From an uncultured cyanobacterium (GTDB lineage Bacteria; Cyanobacteriota; Cyanobacteriia; PCC-6307; Cyanobiaceae), in the NCBI GenBank assembly GCA_963697335.1, contig CAVONQ010000015.1:1-20372 (forward strand): DNA of 20,372 nt, read 5' to 3'. Positions 7,868 to 18,131 of the stretch are shown one piece after another; the first letter of the stretch is position 1; each line of letters starts with the position of its first letter. The notes under the pieces are model-generated. The model saw only the letters and a list, made by a program, of their open reading frames with translations. It did no database searches and was not told the origin of the DNA. A program made the position numbers and the translations under genes.

Positions 7868-8911
7868 TCACTTCGCCGCTTTGACGAAGGTGTCCACGAA
7901 CAACCCATCGAGCTTTGGAGGGGTCTTGGCCAGGCCCACGTTCTGCAGGAAGGCACTGATCTCCTCGGCGGCAAAGGGCAGCGAGGCCATGGTGGTGCCG
8001 GGCTCCAGCGCCTTGAGGTTGTCCTCAAGCGTGAAGATCGTGGTGCCGGCGTTGTACTCGGTGTACTCCTCTTCGCTGACACCGGCCCGCTGGCTCATGA
8101 TTGCCAGGGTGGGGCCTGGATTGGCCTTGATCTCGCCCAGGGTGGCGAACCAGGCATCCACCAGTTGCTGCACCTTCTCGGGATTCTTGGCCACGAATTC
8201 CGTGCGGCACACCAGGTGGTCGCTGATGGCGCCGGGGAACTCCTTGGAGGAGAACAGGGTGGTGCTGCCGGGCCGCTTCAGGGCCTGGGTGGTGAAGGGA
8301 GCGAACACGCCCACCGCATCCACCTGGCCGGCCACGAAGGCCGCCGCCGCCGCCCCGGTCTCGAGCGGAACGAAGGTGATGTCGTCGGCGCTCAGACCCG
8401 CCTGTTTGAGGCCCAGCAGCAGCAGGTAGTGGTCCACCGTGCCCTCTTCGGCGGCCACCTTTTTACCCTTGAGATCGGCGATGCTGGTGATGCCTTCGGC
8501 GGCAATGATCTGGTCATTGCCCGTGGAGTTGTCGTTGGTGAGCACCACCTGCAGCTCGGCGCCACCGGCGATCGAGCTGATCGTGTCGTTGAGGGTCTGG
8601 CTGTTGCAGTCCAGCTGGCCGGCGTTGAGGGCGTTGATCGAATCGAGGTAGCCGTCGAACCACTGCAGGGTCACAGGAATGCCGAACAGGCCCTTCTCCT
8701 CAGTGACCTTCCAGGGAATCCAGCCCGGCCAGGCGCTGTAACCCACACGCACCGGTGCATCGGAGCCGCTGCCACCCTGCTGGCCGCAGGCCGAGAGGGC
8801 GCCGGCGCCCAGGCCGAGCAGCAGCAGCGTGGCCAGCAGGCGCTGCCGCAGACGGGGCTTGCGCGGTGGGGTTGCCGGCGTGGCGAGGGGCGTGGTGTGG
8901 GGTTGGGTCAT
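7868..8911 (-). CDS. ABC transporter substrate-binding lipoprotein (NitT/TauT family; probable guanidine-binding protein), about 347 aa
   Basis: Basic/hydrophobic signal with lipobox LSAC; GYSAWPGWIPW, WFDGYLDS, NDNSTGND, DLKGKKVA. Ligand inferred from gdmH context. Confidence 0.9.
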   Translation of the reverse strand: MTQPHTTPLATPATPPRKPRLRQRLLATLLLLGLGAGALSACGQQGGSGSDAPVRVGYSAWPGWIPWKVTEEKGLFGIPVTLQWFDGYLDSINALNAGQLDCNSQTLNDTISSIAGGAELQVVLTNDNSTGNDQIIAAEGITSIADLKGKKVAAEEGTVDHYLLLLGLKQAGLSADDITFVPLETGAAAAAFVAGQVDAVGVFAPFTTQALKRPGSTTLFSSKEFPGAISDHLVCRTEFVAKNPEKVQQLVDAWFATLGEIKANPGPTLAIMSQRAGVSEEEYTEYNAGTTIFTLEDNLKALEPGTTMASLPFAAEEISAFLQNVGLAKTPPKLDGLFVDTFVKAAK

Positions 8912-9033
8912 AACAAGGTTGTTGATGGGAAACGGTGCGACTGCAGACAGGACAACGTGGGAAAGGGCAACGGGCCGGGACTGCCGGCCGGTACTCAGGG
9001 GGGAATGCAGCGGCGGAGGGGGCGGGCCATGGT

Positions 9034-10401
9034 TCAGAACAGCTCCAGGTAGCGCTCGGTTTCCCAGCTGGAGATGGCGCTGTGGTAGCTGGCCCACTCC
9101 TCTCGCTTGAAGCTGATGAAGGCTTCGGCCATGGCGTCGCCGAACACCTCCCGGCCAAGGGGATCGGCGGCGAAGGCCTCGATCGCTTCGCCGAGGGTGC
9201 GGGGCAGGGCGTGCAGGCCGCGCGCGGCCCGCTCCTCGGCGCTGAGCCGATACGCATTCACCAGGTTGGGTTCACCGGGATCCAGCCCGTCGCGGATGCC
9301 CTCCAGGCCTGCGGCCAGCAACAGGGCGGCGGCCAGGTAGGGGTTGCAGGAGCTGTCGGCGGCGCGGCACTCCACCCGACTGCCGGCACCGGGAATGCGC
9401 AGCATGTTGGTGCGGTTGTTGTTGCCGTAGCAGATGAACACCGGCGCCCAGGTGAACCCGCTCATGCTTCCCTGCACCACCAGCCGCTTGTAGCTGTTCA
9501 CCGTGGGGGCGATCACGGCGCAGAGCGCCGCGGCGTGGCGCAGGATGCCGGCGATGAACTGTCGGCCCAACGGGCTCACCCAGCTGCCGGCGCCATCCGG
9601 CGGCGTGAACAGGTTGCTGCCGCTCTCCAGATCGGCGAGTGACATGTTGAAGTGGGCGCCGCTGCCGGTGCGATCGGCGAACGGCTTCGGCATGAAGCTG
9701 GCGATCAGGCCGTGCTTGCGGGTGATCTCCCGTGCCATCAGGCGCAGGAAGGTGACCCGGTCCGCCGTGACCAGGGCATCGGCGTAGCCGAAATCAGTTT
9801 CGAACTGGCCGTTGCCGTCCTCGTGGTCGAACGAGTACACGCCCCAGCCGAGCCCGTTCATGGCCTGCACCAACTCATCGAGCCAGTCGAGGTTGTCGAG
9901 CAGCCCGCGCAGGTCGTAGCAGGGTTTTTCGAGGCTGTCGGCGCTGCTGGCGGGGCCAAGGGAACCGTCGGCTCCGCGCCGCAGCACGAAGAATTCGGTC
10001 TCCACGCCCAGGTCGAAGCGCAGTCCCATGCGGGCCGCCTGCTCGCGCACGCGGCTGAGGATGCCGCGGCTGCAGGCCTCGAACGGCTGGCCATGCAGAT
10101 GGAGGGTGCTGGCCATCCACACCGTGTCGGGCCGCCATGGCAACACCGTGGCCGAGGTCGGATCCGGCAGGGCGGCCACCTCGTCGTCGCTCACGTCCTG
10201 GGGCACGCCATCGAGGGCGGCTCCGGTGAACAGTTCGGAGCCGGCCAGCATCGCCGGCAGGTGGGCGATGGGCACCGCCTTGGCCTTGCACACCCCATGC
10301 AGATCCACGAAGCTGGCCAGGGCGTAGCGCACCCCACGGGCCTCGAGCTCGGCCTGGGTGTGCAGGGCGCCTGGGCCCGCCATCACAGCGGTGCTGCTCA
10401 T
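9034..10401 (-). CDS. glnT: Second glutamine synthetase-like ligase, GlnT type, 455 aa
   Basis: [65 protein letters not shown]. Start overlaps the hypB-like stop (ATGA at 10398-10401). Confidence 0.88.
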   Translation of the reverse strand: MSSTAVMAGPGALHTQAELEARGVRYALASFVDLHGVCKAKAVPIAHLPAMLAGSELFTGAALDGVPQDVSDDEVAALPDPTSATVLPWRPDTVWMASTLHLHGQPFEACSRGILSRVREQAARMGLRFDLGVETEFFVLRRGADGSLGPASSADSLEKPCYDLRGLLDNLDWLDELVQAMNGLGWGVYSFDHEDGNGQFETDFGYADALVTADRVTFLRLMAREITRKHGLIASFMPKPFADRTGSGAHFNMSLADLESGSNLFTPPDGAGSWVSPLGRQFIAGILRHAAALCAVIAPTVNSYKRLVVQGSMSGFTWAPVFICYGNNNRTNMLRIPGAGSRVECRAADSSCNPYLAAALLLAAGLEGIRDGLDPGEPNLVNAYRLSAEERAARGLHALPRTLGEAIEAFAADPLGREVFGDAMAEAFISFKREEWASYHSAISSWETERYLELF

Positions 10402-11132
10402 CGAGCCACGAGTACGGCAGGAGCGGTGGCGGCCTCGGTGCTGGCCGCCGTGCCGCTGGCCGTGGCGGCGCGCTGATCCCGCAGCCAGGCATGCCAGGCC
10501 TCCAGGCCCTCGCCGCTGGTGGCCGACACCCGGATCACGGCGCAGCGGGGGTTCACCTGGCGGATGTGGGCTTCAATCCGCTCGACATCCACAGGCAGAT
10601 AGGGCAGCAGATCGGTCTTGGTGATCAGCACGCAGTCGGCCTCCCGGAACATCACCGGGTACTTGAGCGGCTTGTCCTCCCCTTCGGTGACGCTGAGCAG
10701 GGCCACCTTGCGGTGTTCGCCCACCGCGAACTCCGCCGGACACACCAGATTGCCCACGTTCTCCACCCAGAGGATGTCGAGGCCGGCCGGATCCAGCCGC
10801 TGACGCAGCAGCTTCAGGCCACCGGCCACCATGGCGGCATCCAGATGGCAGGCACGGCCGGTGGTGATCGGCACCACCGGTACCCCCACCGCCTCCAGCC
10901 GCTCGGCATCGAGCTGGGTGGTCATGTCGCCCTCCAGCACCGCCATGGCGTAGGTGTCGGCCAGCTGGGCCAGGGAGCGCTCCAGCAGGGAGGTCTTGCC
11001 GGCACCGGGGCTGCTCATCACGTTCAGGCAGAGCAGCTGCCAGGCGTCGAAGTGCTCTCGGTTGTGGGCGGCCTGATGGTCATTGGCGGCCAGCAGGTTG
11101 AGGCCGAGGCTGTCTTCCAGGGGCATGTGCAT
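10398..11132 (-). CDS. hypB: HypB/UreG-type Ni-insertion GTPase (guanidine hydrolase accessory, GhaB)
   Basis: [44 protein letters not shown]. Confidence 0.93.
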   Translation of the reverse strand: MHMPLEDSLGLNLLAANDHQAAHNREHFDAWQLLCLNVMSSPGAGKTSLLERSLAQLADTYAMAVLEGDMTTQLDAERLEAVGVPVVPITTGRACHLDAAMVAGGLKLLRQRLDPAGLDILWVENVGNLVCPAEFAVGEHRKVALLSVTEGEDKPLKYPVMFREADCVLITKTDLLPYLPVDVERIEAHIRQVNPRCAVIRVSATSGEGLEAWHAWLRDQRAATASGTAASTEAATAPAVLVAR

Positions 11133-11137
11133 GGCGA

Positions 11138-11527
11138 TCAGCTGCAGGGGGCGAGGTGGGACGAGGAATGGCTAGAGAGGCTGTAATCAATCGAGCGGAT
11201 CTTCAGCTCACGGCCCTGCACGATCTCCTCCATCGGGTGCAGGCAGCAGGGGGAGCGGTAGCCCTGCTCGGCCCTGGGTGAGTAGGTGCCGTTGCACAGC
11301 ACACAACGGCCCAGCAGGGGCACCGATTCGATCGCCAGCCGGGCACCGGCCAGCCAGCTGGATTGCACGGCCACCTGCCAGGTGGTCACGAGTTGCTCGG
11401 GCTCCACGCAGGTGAAGGTGCCCACCAGCAGGTGCACGGTGGAGACCTTCGGTGTGGCTGGGGCGTGGCGCTGCTTCCACTCCTCCATCGAGAGCAGCAG
11501 GCAGCGGGTCATGTCAACTTCATGCAT
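11138..11527 (-). CDS. hypA: HypA-type Ni metallochaperone (guanidine hydrolase accessory, GhaA)
   Basis: N-terminal MHE, CVLC and SPCC Cys motifs, C-terminal [14 protein letters not shown] Shine-Dalgarno in the end of gdmH. Confidence 0.92.
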   Translation of the reverse strand: MHEVDMTRCLLLSMEEWKQRHAPATPKVSTVHLLVGTFTCVEPEQLVTTWQVAVQSSWLAGARLAIESVPLLGRCVLCNGTYSPRAEQGYRSPCCLHPMEEIVQGRELKIRSIDYSLSSHSSSHLAPCS

Positions 11528-11530
11528 GCC

Positions 11531-12733
11531 TCACCTCCACTTCTGATCGACCTGCATGTTGCAGGCCTCCTGCAGCCAGGCCGGCTTCTCTTTGCGGGGC
11601 AGCTGGCCGCTCACCACCAGGTGGGCCATGGTGTCGCAGATCACCCGGGTGGCCATCAGGGAGGTCATGTCACTGATGTCGTAGGGGGGCGACACCTCCA
11701 CCACCTCCAGGCCGCAGACCGGCACGTTGCGCACGATCAGCTCCAGCAGCTTGAGCGCTTCGCGCGGCAGCAGGCCGCCCGGTTCGGGCCAGCCGGTGCC
11801 GGGCACGAAACCGGCGTCGATGCAGTCGATGTCGAAGGAGATGTAGACGCAGTCGGTGCCATCGGTGGCGCGCTCGATCGCGTACTGGGCGGCCGCCTCC
11901 AGGCCCATGTCGCAGATATCGGTGACGGTGAGCACGTTGGTGCCCCGCTCGCGGCACACCTTCACCCCTTCGCGCGGCACCTGCCAGCCGCCGATGCCCA
12001 GTTGCACCAGGTTTTCGGCGGGGGCATTGGCCATGTTCGTGGCGTGGAACCACGGGCAGGTGTGCATGCGCTCGTCGAGGTCGATCTCCTGGGTGTCGAC
12101 ATGGCGATCGAAGTGGATGATGCCCACCTTCTTGTCGCCCAGGTGGCGGCACACTCCCCGCACGGTGGGAAAGCCGATCGAGTGATCGCCGCCGAGGATG
12201 ATCGGGAAGGCGCCGCTGGCGAACACATGCGCCACGCCCTTGGAGATCTGATCGAAGCTCTTCTCGTTGTTGGCGGGAATCGTGAAGATGTCGCCCACGT
12301 CGCAGAGCCGGATCGACTCCCGCAGGTCAACGCCCATCTCGTAGTTGTAGGGCGTGTAGAGGGCCGAGATGCGGCGGATGCCCTGGGGGCCGAAGCGGGT
12401 GCCGGGCCGGTAGGTGGTGCCGGAATCGTGGGGTACCCCCAGGATCGCCACATCGAATTCGCCGACGCGATTCACATCTTCGATGTAGGGCGCCTTCATG
12501 AAGGTGTTGATGCCCGCGTAGTGGGGCAGCTCGCCACGCGAAAAGGTGGAGATGCGCCGATCGACGATGCTCTCAGCCGCCTCCAGCCCGTAGCGCAGGC
12601 CCTGGTCCACCTCCTGCTGCCAGCCGGTGAGGGGCAGGCGGGCTTCTTTCTCCAAGGCTTCGGCGCCCTGGCGGCCAGTGGCCGCTGTGGTGCGGCGGTC
12701 AAAGGCCCCTTCAGGGCCTGGCGATGCGGTCAT
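11531..12733 (-). CDS. gdmH: Ni-dependent guanidine hydrolase (ureohydrolase family, Synechocystis Sll1077-like), 400 aa
   Basis: LPLTGWQQEVDQGL, FSRGELPHYAGINTF, GGDHS, HFDRHVDT, MHTCPWF, SFDIDCID, GTGWPEPGG closely match GdmH as I recall it; riboswitch upstream and hypA/hypB downstream. Confidence 0.95.
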   Translation of the reverse strand: MTASPGPEGAFDRRTTAATGRQGAEALEKEARLPLTGWQQEVDQGLRYGLEAAESIVDRRISTFSRGELPHYAGINTFMKAPYIEDVNRVGEFDVAILGVPHDSGTTYRPGTRFGPQGIRRISALYTPYNYEMGVDLRESIRLCDVGDIFTIPANNEKSFDQISKGVAHVFASGAFPIILGGDHSIGFPTVRGVCRHLGDKKVGIIHFDRHVDTQEIDLDERMHTCPWFHATNMANAPAENLVQLGIGGWQVPREGVKVCRERGTNVLTVTDICDMGLEAAAQYAIERATDGTDCVYISFDIDCIDAGFVPGTGWPEPGGLLPREALKLLELIVRNVPVCGLEVVEVSPPYDISDMTSLMATRVICDTMAHLVVSGQLPRKEKPAWLQEACNMQVDQKWR

Positions 12734-12761
12734 GGCACAGCACGGAGGTGGGGGTTGCGGT

Positions 12762-12879
12762 CTCCCGGGCTTTTATCCCTCCGTGCAACCGGGTGACCCC
12801 GGTGAGCTTCTCTCGGACCAGACGTCTCGCCGGTGGGGCCCTGGGGCCATACCTGGACGGGACCGGAACCCTAGAAGCT
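12762..12879 (-). ncRNA. Guanidine-I riboswitch (ykkC-yxkD motif)
   Basis: Minus strand: AGCUUCUAGGGUUCCG...UGGUCCGAGAGAAGCU (P1 arms 12879-12873 and 12811-12805), CCGGGGUCACCCGG (P2), then CACGGAGGGAUAAAAGCCCGGGAG, the conserved 3' element. Confidence 0.95.
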
Positions 12880-12893
12880 GCTTCCGCCATCAG

Positions 12894-12935
12894 ACCCTCT
12901 CCCAGCTGACGGCGGCGCGTTGTGGTGGTTGTTAC
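12894..12935 (-). promoter_or_regulatory. Candidate NtcA-activated class II promoter
   Basis: Minus strand GTA-ACAACCAC-CAC (12935-12922), 22-nt spacer, then GAGGGT (12899-12894) as a degenerate -10; the implied start site falls just before the riboswitch. Confidence 0.6.
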
Positions 12936-12958
12936 CGCGGCTCGAAGCCGGCCCCAGC

Positions 12959-14364
<1,406 letters not shown>

Positions 14365-14368
<4 letters not shown>

Positions 14369-14994
14369 CGCCCGCTCAGCACCTCGGTGTTGAGCTCGTT
14401 GAAGCTCACGGTGCCGCTGCTCTTGAAGCTGTCGGGCAGCTCCAGGCCCGTGGCCTGGCTCACCGCCGGGTTGATGCGATCCAGGCCCACCTGCCCCTCG
14501 GCATCGAGCAGCACCTGGCCCTTGCCATCGAGCACCACCACCTGGGGGGTGTGGCCGTGCCAGTAGTAGGCCGGATCCGAAGGCCCCGTGGCGGCACGGT
14601 TCTGGAGGGGGTCCGTCACCAGGGGGATGAGCTCGATGCTGGTGCCCCAGAGCCGCTGCAGCTCAGACACCACCGGGGCGAAGGCCTTGCTGGCGCTGTC
14701 GTCATCGAGGTAATAGACCACCAGGGCCGGCCGGTGCTCCTCGAGGGTCTGGGCCAGGCTGGTGCGCGGTGGCACCAGGGAGCCGTTGCCGGCGTAGAGG
14801 GCGTAGATGTTGCCGTCGTAGCTGTTGGTGGTGAGGGCCGCCTGGGCGGGAGCGCCGCTGAGGCCGAGACCCAGCCACAGAGCCAGCGCCAGGGCTGGGG
14901 CCAGCAGCCTGCTGATCAGGTGGCGCCGCTCGCCGCTCCTGGGCGTTCGCGGGGCAGACCGCTGATCTGTGGCTGTGCGGTGCATGGTTGGCAT
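14365..14994 (-). CDS. Cyanobacterial thioredoxin-fold protein (thylakoid photosystem I accumulation factor family)
   Basis: Signal peptide ending AQA, conserved [19 protein letters not shown] and YLDD; stop overlaps the fumC start. Start 14994 or 14985. Confidence 0.8.
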
Positions 14995-15050
14995 CGGGCC
15001 CCCGGCGATGGGGTCATTGTGAAGGGCGACTGGCGCCGGCCCGGATCGGG

Positions 15051-16721
15051 CTAGGGGTTGCTGGGCCGCCGGCCCATCCCCTGCAGGATGCCTCTGCCGA
15101 TCAGCCCGATCGCCCGGCCCACCACCTGGGTGAGCAGCACCACCACCAGGTTGCCGAGCCCCTGCACCAGCTGGCGCAGCTGGGGGGCCACCGCGTCACG
15201 GCTTTCCAGGGCCAGGGTCACCAGTTGCTGCAGGGGGCCGAGTCGGCGCAGTTCCCCATCCCGGGGTTCCACCAGGTTGAGGGTGGCAATGCGCCCGGCC
15301 TCCACACACAGCAGCTGGCGCCGGCTCTCGTAGATGGCGATCGGTCGCTCGAACCAGTCGCTCCAGCGCTGCTGGGCATTGAGCTGGTTGCGCAGCCGCT
15401 CCAGGTTGCGGGTGGAGAGCAGTTCGGGCCTGAGCAGGTAGCGGCGCAGCTCCGGCCAGGCCCCACAGCAGCTCAGCACCTCCGCCGCCAGCAGCTCAGC
15501 GCTGCGCATCAGCCAGTTGGCCACCAGGCGCTCCAGGTGCAGCACGGCCTGGAGCTCATCGGCGGCCACCAGCTGGCCCTCCACCAGCAGCGGCTGGGCC
15601 AGCACCAGGGTGGCCAGCATCGCCTGGGCGTCCGGCAGCTCCGGGTCGCTGGCCGTCAGATCGCTGGTCTGCACCAGGGCCGTGGCCACCGGTTCGAGCC
15701 TGCCCTGGCGGGGGAGCTGCACGTAGGGGCTGGCCATGGTGCGCAGGGCCTGCTCGCGCAGCTGGGGCTGCAGTTCCAGCCAGCGCTGCAGCAGCGTGTT
15801 CGCCGCGCTGGGCTCGTCGGCGAGCTGCTGGCGCAGGCTCTCGAGCTGGTTCAGCAGGGCCAGGAGCAGGTCGTGGCAGCGCTGCGGGCTGAGCCCCTCG
15901 ATGGCCAGCAGCTGGCCGCTGCGGTTGTCGAGGCCGGCACCGATGGCCGCCTCCAGCCGCAGGCGCACGGCCTGCCAGATGCCGGCGGCGTTGCGCTGCT
16001 GCAGGGTGAGACTCGTTCCCCGGCCGGGGTTGCCGCTGGACCTGGGCGGCGGTGTCTGGGGCTCCGGCAGGGCCCAGGCCAGGCTCAGCGGGCCCCAGAT
16101 CAGCAGCAGCAGCTGGCGGGCACTCGCCAGCTCCCTCAGCCTTCCCTCCAGCATCCAGCGCTGCAGGGGGGCCTGGGGAGGCGGATCCAGCAGCCTCAGA
16201 CAGAGGGCGCTGGCGGCATCGATCTGCTCCAGGCCGTCGAGCAGGAGACGCTGGCCCAGGCCCAGGCCCGTGCCCCAGCTGCTGCCCATGTCTGCTGCGC
16301 TGCCGGCCTGGTTCGGGCGGGCGGCGTTGGCGGCATCGCCTGGCAGCATCGGGTCCTGGAGCTGCAGCACCCTGCCGCCGGCCCGCAGGGTGCGGATCGC
16401 CTCCAGCAGCTCTTCACTGCCCGGGGCCTCCAGCAGGCCATGGGCACTCAATTGCAGCAGCGATGAGGCGGCGATGCCATGGCCGGCAGCCAGGAGCACC
16501 AGCAGGGGTGCAGGACGCCAGCGCTCCCGCAGCAGCAGACACTCACGGCGCAGGTCGGCGGCGGCGGTGGCGGCCGCGGGGCGCCAGATCACCAGCTGGG
16601 GGGCCCCCACCAGCTCGGAGGGGTTGGTGACCACCACCAGGTCATCGCCTTGGTCCTGGATGAGGCGGGTCAGTCCGCCGGCCACCAGCGGTTCAGCGAA
16701 CAGCAGTAGCTGCGGAGTCAC
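15051..16721 (-). CDS. ycf55: Ycf55/DUF3685 protein with degenerate N-terminal receiver domain
   Basis: GLEQID, LEGRLRELASA, LLSTRNLERLRNQLN, PIAIYES, LALESRDAVAP, LTQVVGRAIGLIGRGILQGMG. Confidence 0.88.
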   Translation of the reverse strand: MTPQLLLFAEPLVAGGLTRLIQDQGDDLVVVTNPSELVGAPQLVIWRPAAATAAADLRRECLLLRERWRPAPLLVLLAAGHGIAASSLLQLSAHGLLEAPGSEELLEAIRTLRAGGRVLQLQDPMLPGDAANAARPNQAGSAADMGSSWGTGLGLGQRLLLDGLEQIDAASALCLRLLDPPPQAPLQRWMLEGRLRELASARQLLLLIWGPLSLAWALPEPQTPPPRSSGNPGRGTSLTLQQRNAAGIWQAVRLRLEAAIGAGLDNRSGQLLAIEGLSPQRCHDLLLALLNQLESLRQQLADEPSAANTLLQRWLELQPQLREQALRTMASPYVQLPRQGRLEPVATALVQTSDLTASDPELPDAQAMLATLVLAQPLLVEGQLVAADELQAVLHLERLVANWLMRSAELLAAEVLSCCGAWPELRRYLLRPELLSTRNLERLRNQLNAQQRWSDWFERPIAIYESRRQLLCVEAGRIATLNLVEPRDGELRRLGPLQQLVTLALESRDAVAPQLRQLVQGLGNLVVVLLTQVVGRAIGLIGRGILQGMGRRPSNP

Positions 16722-16757
16722 GCACCCAGGCCCTGGTGATGGCCCAAGGTAACGGCC

Positions 16758-17264
16758 TCAGCCACGGAGATCCACAGGCTGATCTGACGTTCTGTCGCCG
16801 GGGCGACGACCCGTGAGGTTGAGGGTGTACGACTCAATGCGGTAGCCGGTGCGCTGCTCGATCTGCTCGAGGAGTTCGGCGGGGAGGGCCACATCGAGGT
16901 CTTCGATGGCACCGGAATCCAGGCAGGTGATGTGGCTGTGGGGATCACTGCGGTAGCCGTAAAGACGGCCACTGGCGCGGTCGAGGCACTCGATCACGCC
17001 AGCCGATTGCAGCGCTTCCAGATTCTGATAGACGGAGGTGTGGCCGATGTTGCGGCCCAGGTCGTTGAGCTTTTCGAAGATGTCACGGGCGCTCAGATGG
17101 CTTTTCTCGGCCCAGAGGAGATCGAGCACCATGCGCCGTTGGCGACTCAGCCGCATGCCCAGATCGCGGCACCGCTGATACACCCCATCCACGCTGGCAG
17201 GAACGGCCAGGGCGCTAGCCACGGCTCCACGGCCTGGCGGAGCTGTCTGGGCCGCAGAGCTCAA
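16758..17264 (-). CDS. furC: Fur-family regulator, cyanobacterial FurC/PerR type
   Basis: GMRLSRQRR..L.LLW...HLSARDI, IGHTSVYQNLEAL, HSHITCLD without CxxC motifs. TTG start uncertain. Confidence 0.85.
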   Translation of the reverse strand: MSSAAQTAPPGRGAVASALAVPASVDGVYQRCRDLGMRLSRQRRMVLDLLWAEKSHLSARDIFEKLNDLGRNIGHTSVYQNLEALQSAGVIECLDRASGRLYGYRSDPHSHITCLDSGAIEDLDVALPAELLEQIEQRTGYRIESYTLNLTGRRPGDRTSDQPVDLRG

Positions 17265-17357
17265 CCGAACAACCTGTTCACAGAGTTCTGTTATAGGCCA
17301 ACCCGCAAGTGATCCGTGTACGGCCAGGCCGGTGCAAGCCGGCTCAGGTGACGGGGC

Positions 17358-18131
17358 TCAGGCGATCGAGGCGCTGGCTGGTGGCAACGGCACGTCCTGG
17401 AGCCTGCCGTCGGCCACGGCGGCCATCGCCTCCGCCAGGTCGACGCGGCCGTCGTAGAGGGCGCGGCCCACGATCACCCCCTCCACCCCCAGGGGCACCA
17501 GGCTCAACAGAGACAGCAGGTGCTCCAGGCAGCCGATGCCCCCGGAGGCGATCACCGGTATGGCAGTGGCATTGGCCATGGCCCGCAAGGCCTCCAGATT
17601 CGGGCCGGCCAGGGTGCCGTCGGTGGCGATGTCGGTGCTGATGATCGCCGCGATGCCGCTGCCGTTGAAGCGCCTGGCCAATGCCGTGGCCTCCAGGCTG
17701 CTGCCATCCAGCCAGCCGCGGGTGGCCACCTTGCCGTCGCGGGCATCGATTCCCACCACGATCCGCCCCGGATGACGGCGGGCCAGCTCGTCCACCAGCT
17801 GCGGCTGTTCCGCGGCCACCGTGCCCAGGATCACCCGATCGAGCCCACAGGCCAGCAGCTCCTCGGCCCGCTCCGCCGTGCGCACGCCGCCCCCCAGCTG
17901 CACCGGGATCGTCAGGGCGGCGGTGATCGCCTTCACCACGGCGTCGTTGAGCGGGGTGCCGGTGCGCGCCCCATCGAGGTCCACCAGATGGAGTCGCTGG
18001 GCGCCCTGGGCCTGCCAGGCCAGGGCCTGGGCCACCGGATCGCCCGAAAAGCGCGTCACCTGGTCGTAATCCCCCTGGTGCAGCCGCACGCACTGTCCGT
18101 CCAGCAGGTCGATGGCGGGAATGATCTGCAT
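17358..18131 (-). CDS. hisA: ProFAR isomerase, about 257 aa from the canonical start
   Basis: MQIIPAIDLLDGQCVRLHQGDY, LHLVDLDGA, QLGGGVR, GIDARDGKVATRGW, TDIATDGTLAGPN, ASGGIG, GRALY. Confidence 0.97.
   Translation of the reverse strand: MQIIPAIDLLDGQCVRLHQGDYDQVTRFSGDPVAQALAWQAQGAQRLHLVDLDGARTGTPLNDAVVKAITAALTIPVQLGGGVRTAERAEELLACGLDRVILGTVAAEQPQLVDELARRHPGRIVVGIDARDGKVATRGWLDGSSLEATALARRFNGSGIAAIISTDIATDGTLAGPNLEALRAMANATAIPVIASGGIGCLEHLLSLLSLVPLGVEGVIVGRALYDGRVDLAEAMAAVADGRLQDVPLPPASASIA

Noticed and set aside
8935..8948. NtcA box before the binding-protein gene
   Set aside because: Only GT-N10-AC matches, and the expected -10 would overlap the start codon.
10398..11527. hypA/hypB as evidence for a hydrogenase locus
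   Set aside because: No hydrogenase or other hyp genes; position after gdmH fits Ni loading of guanidine hydrolase.
11531..12733. Agmatinase (speB) annotation
   Set aside because: N-terminal extension, HTCPW and GWPEP motifs, riboswitch and Ni chaperones point to GdmH.
726..12935. The nitrogen genes as integron cassettes
   Set aside because: Overlapping operonic genes with own regulation; I saw no attC-like RYYYAAC...GTTRRRY elements in the intergenic gaps.
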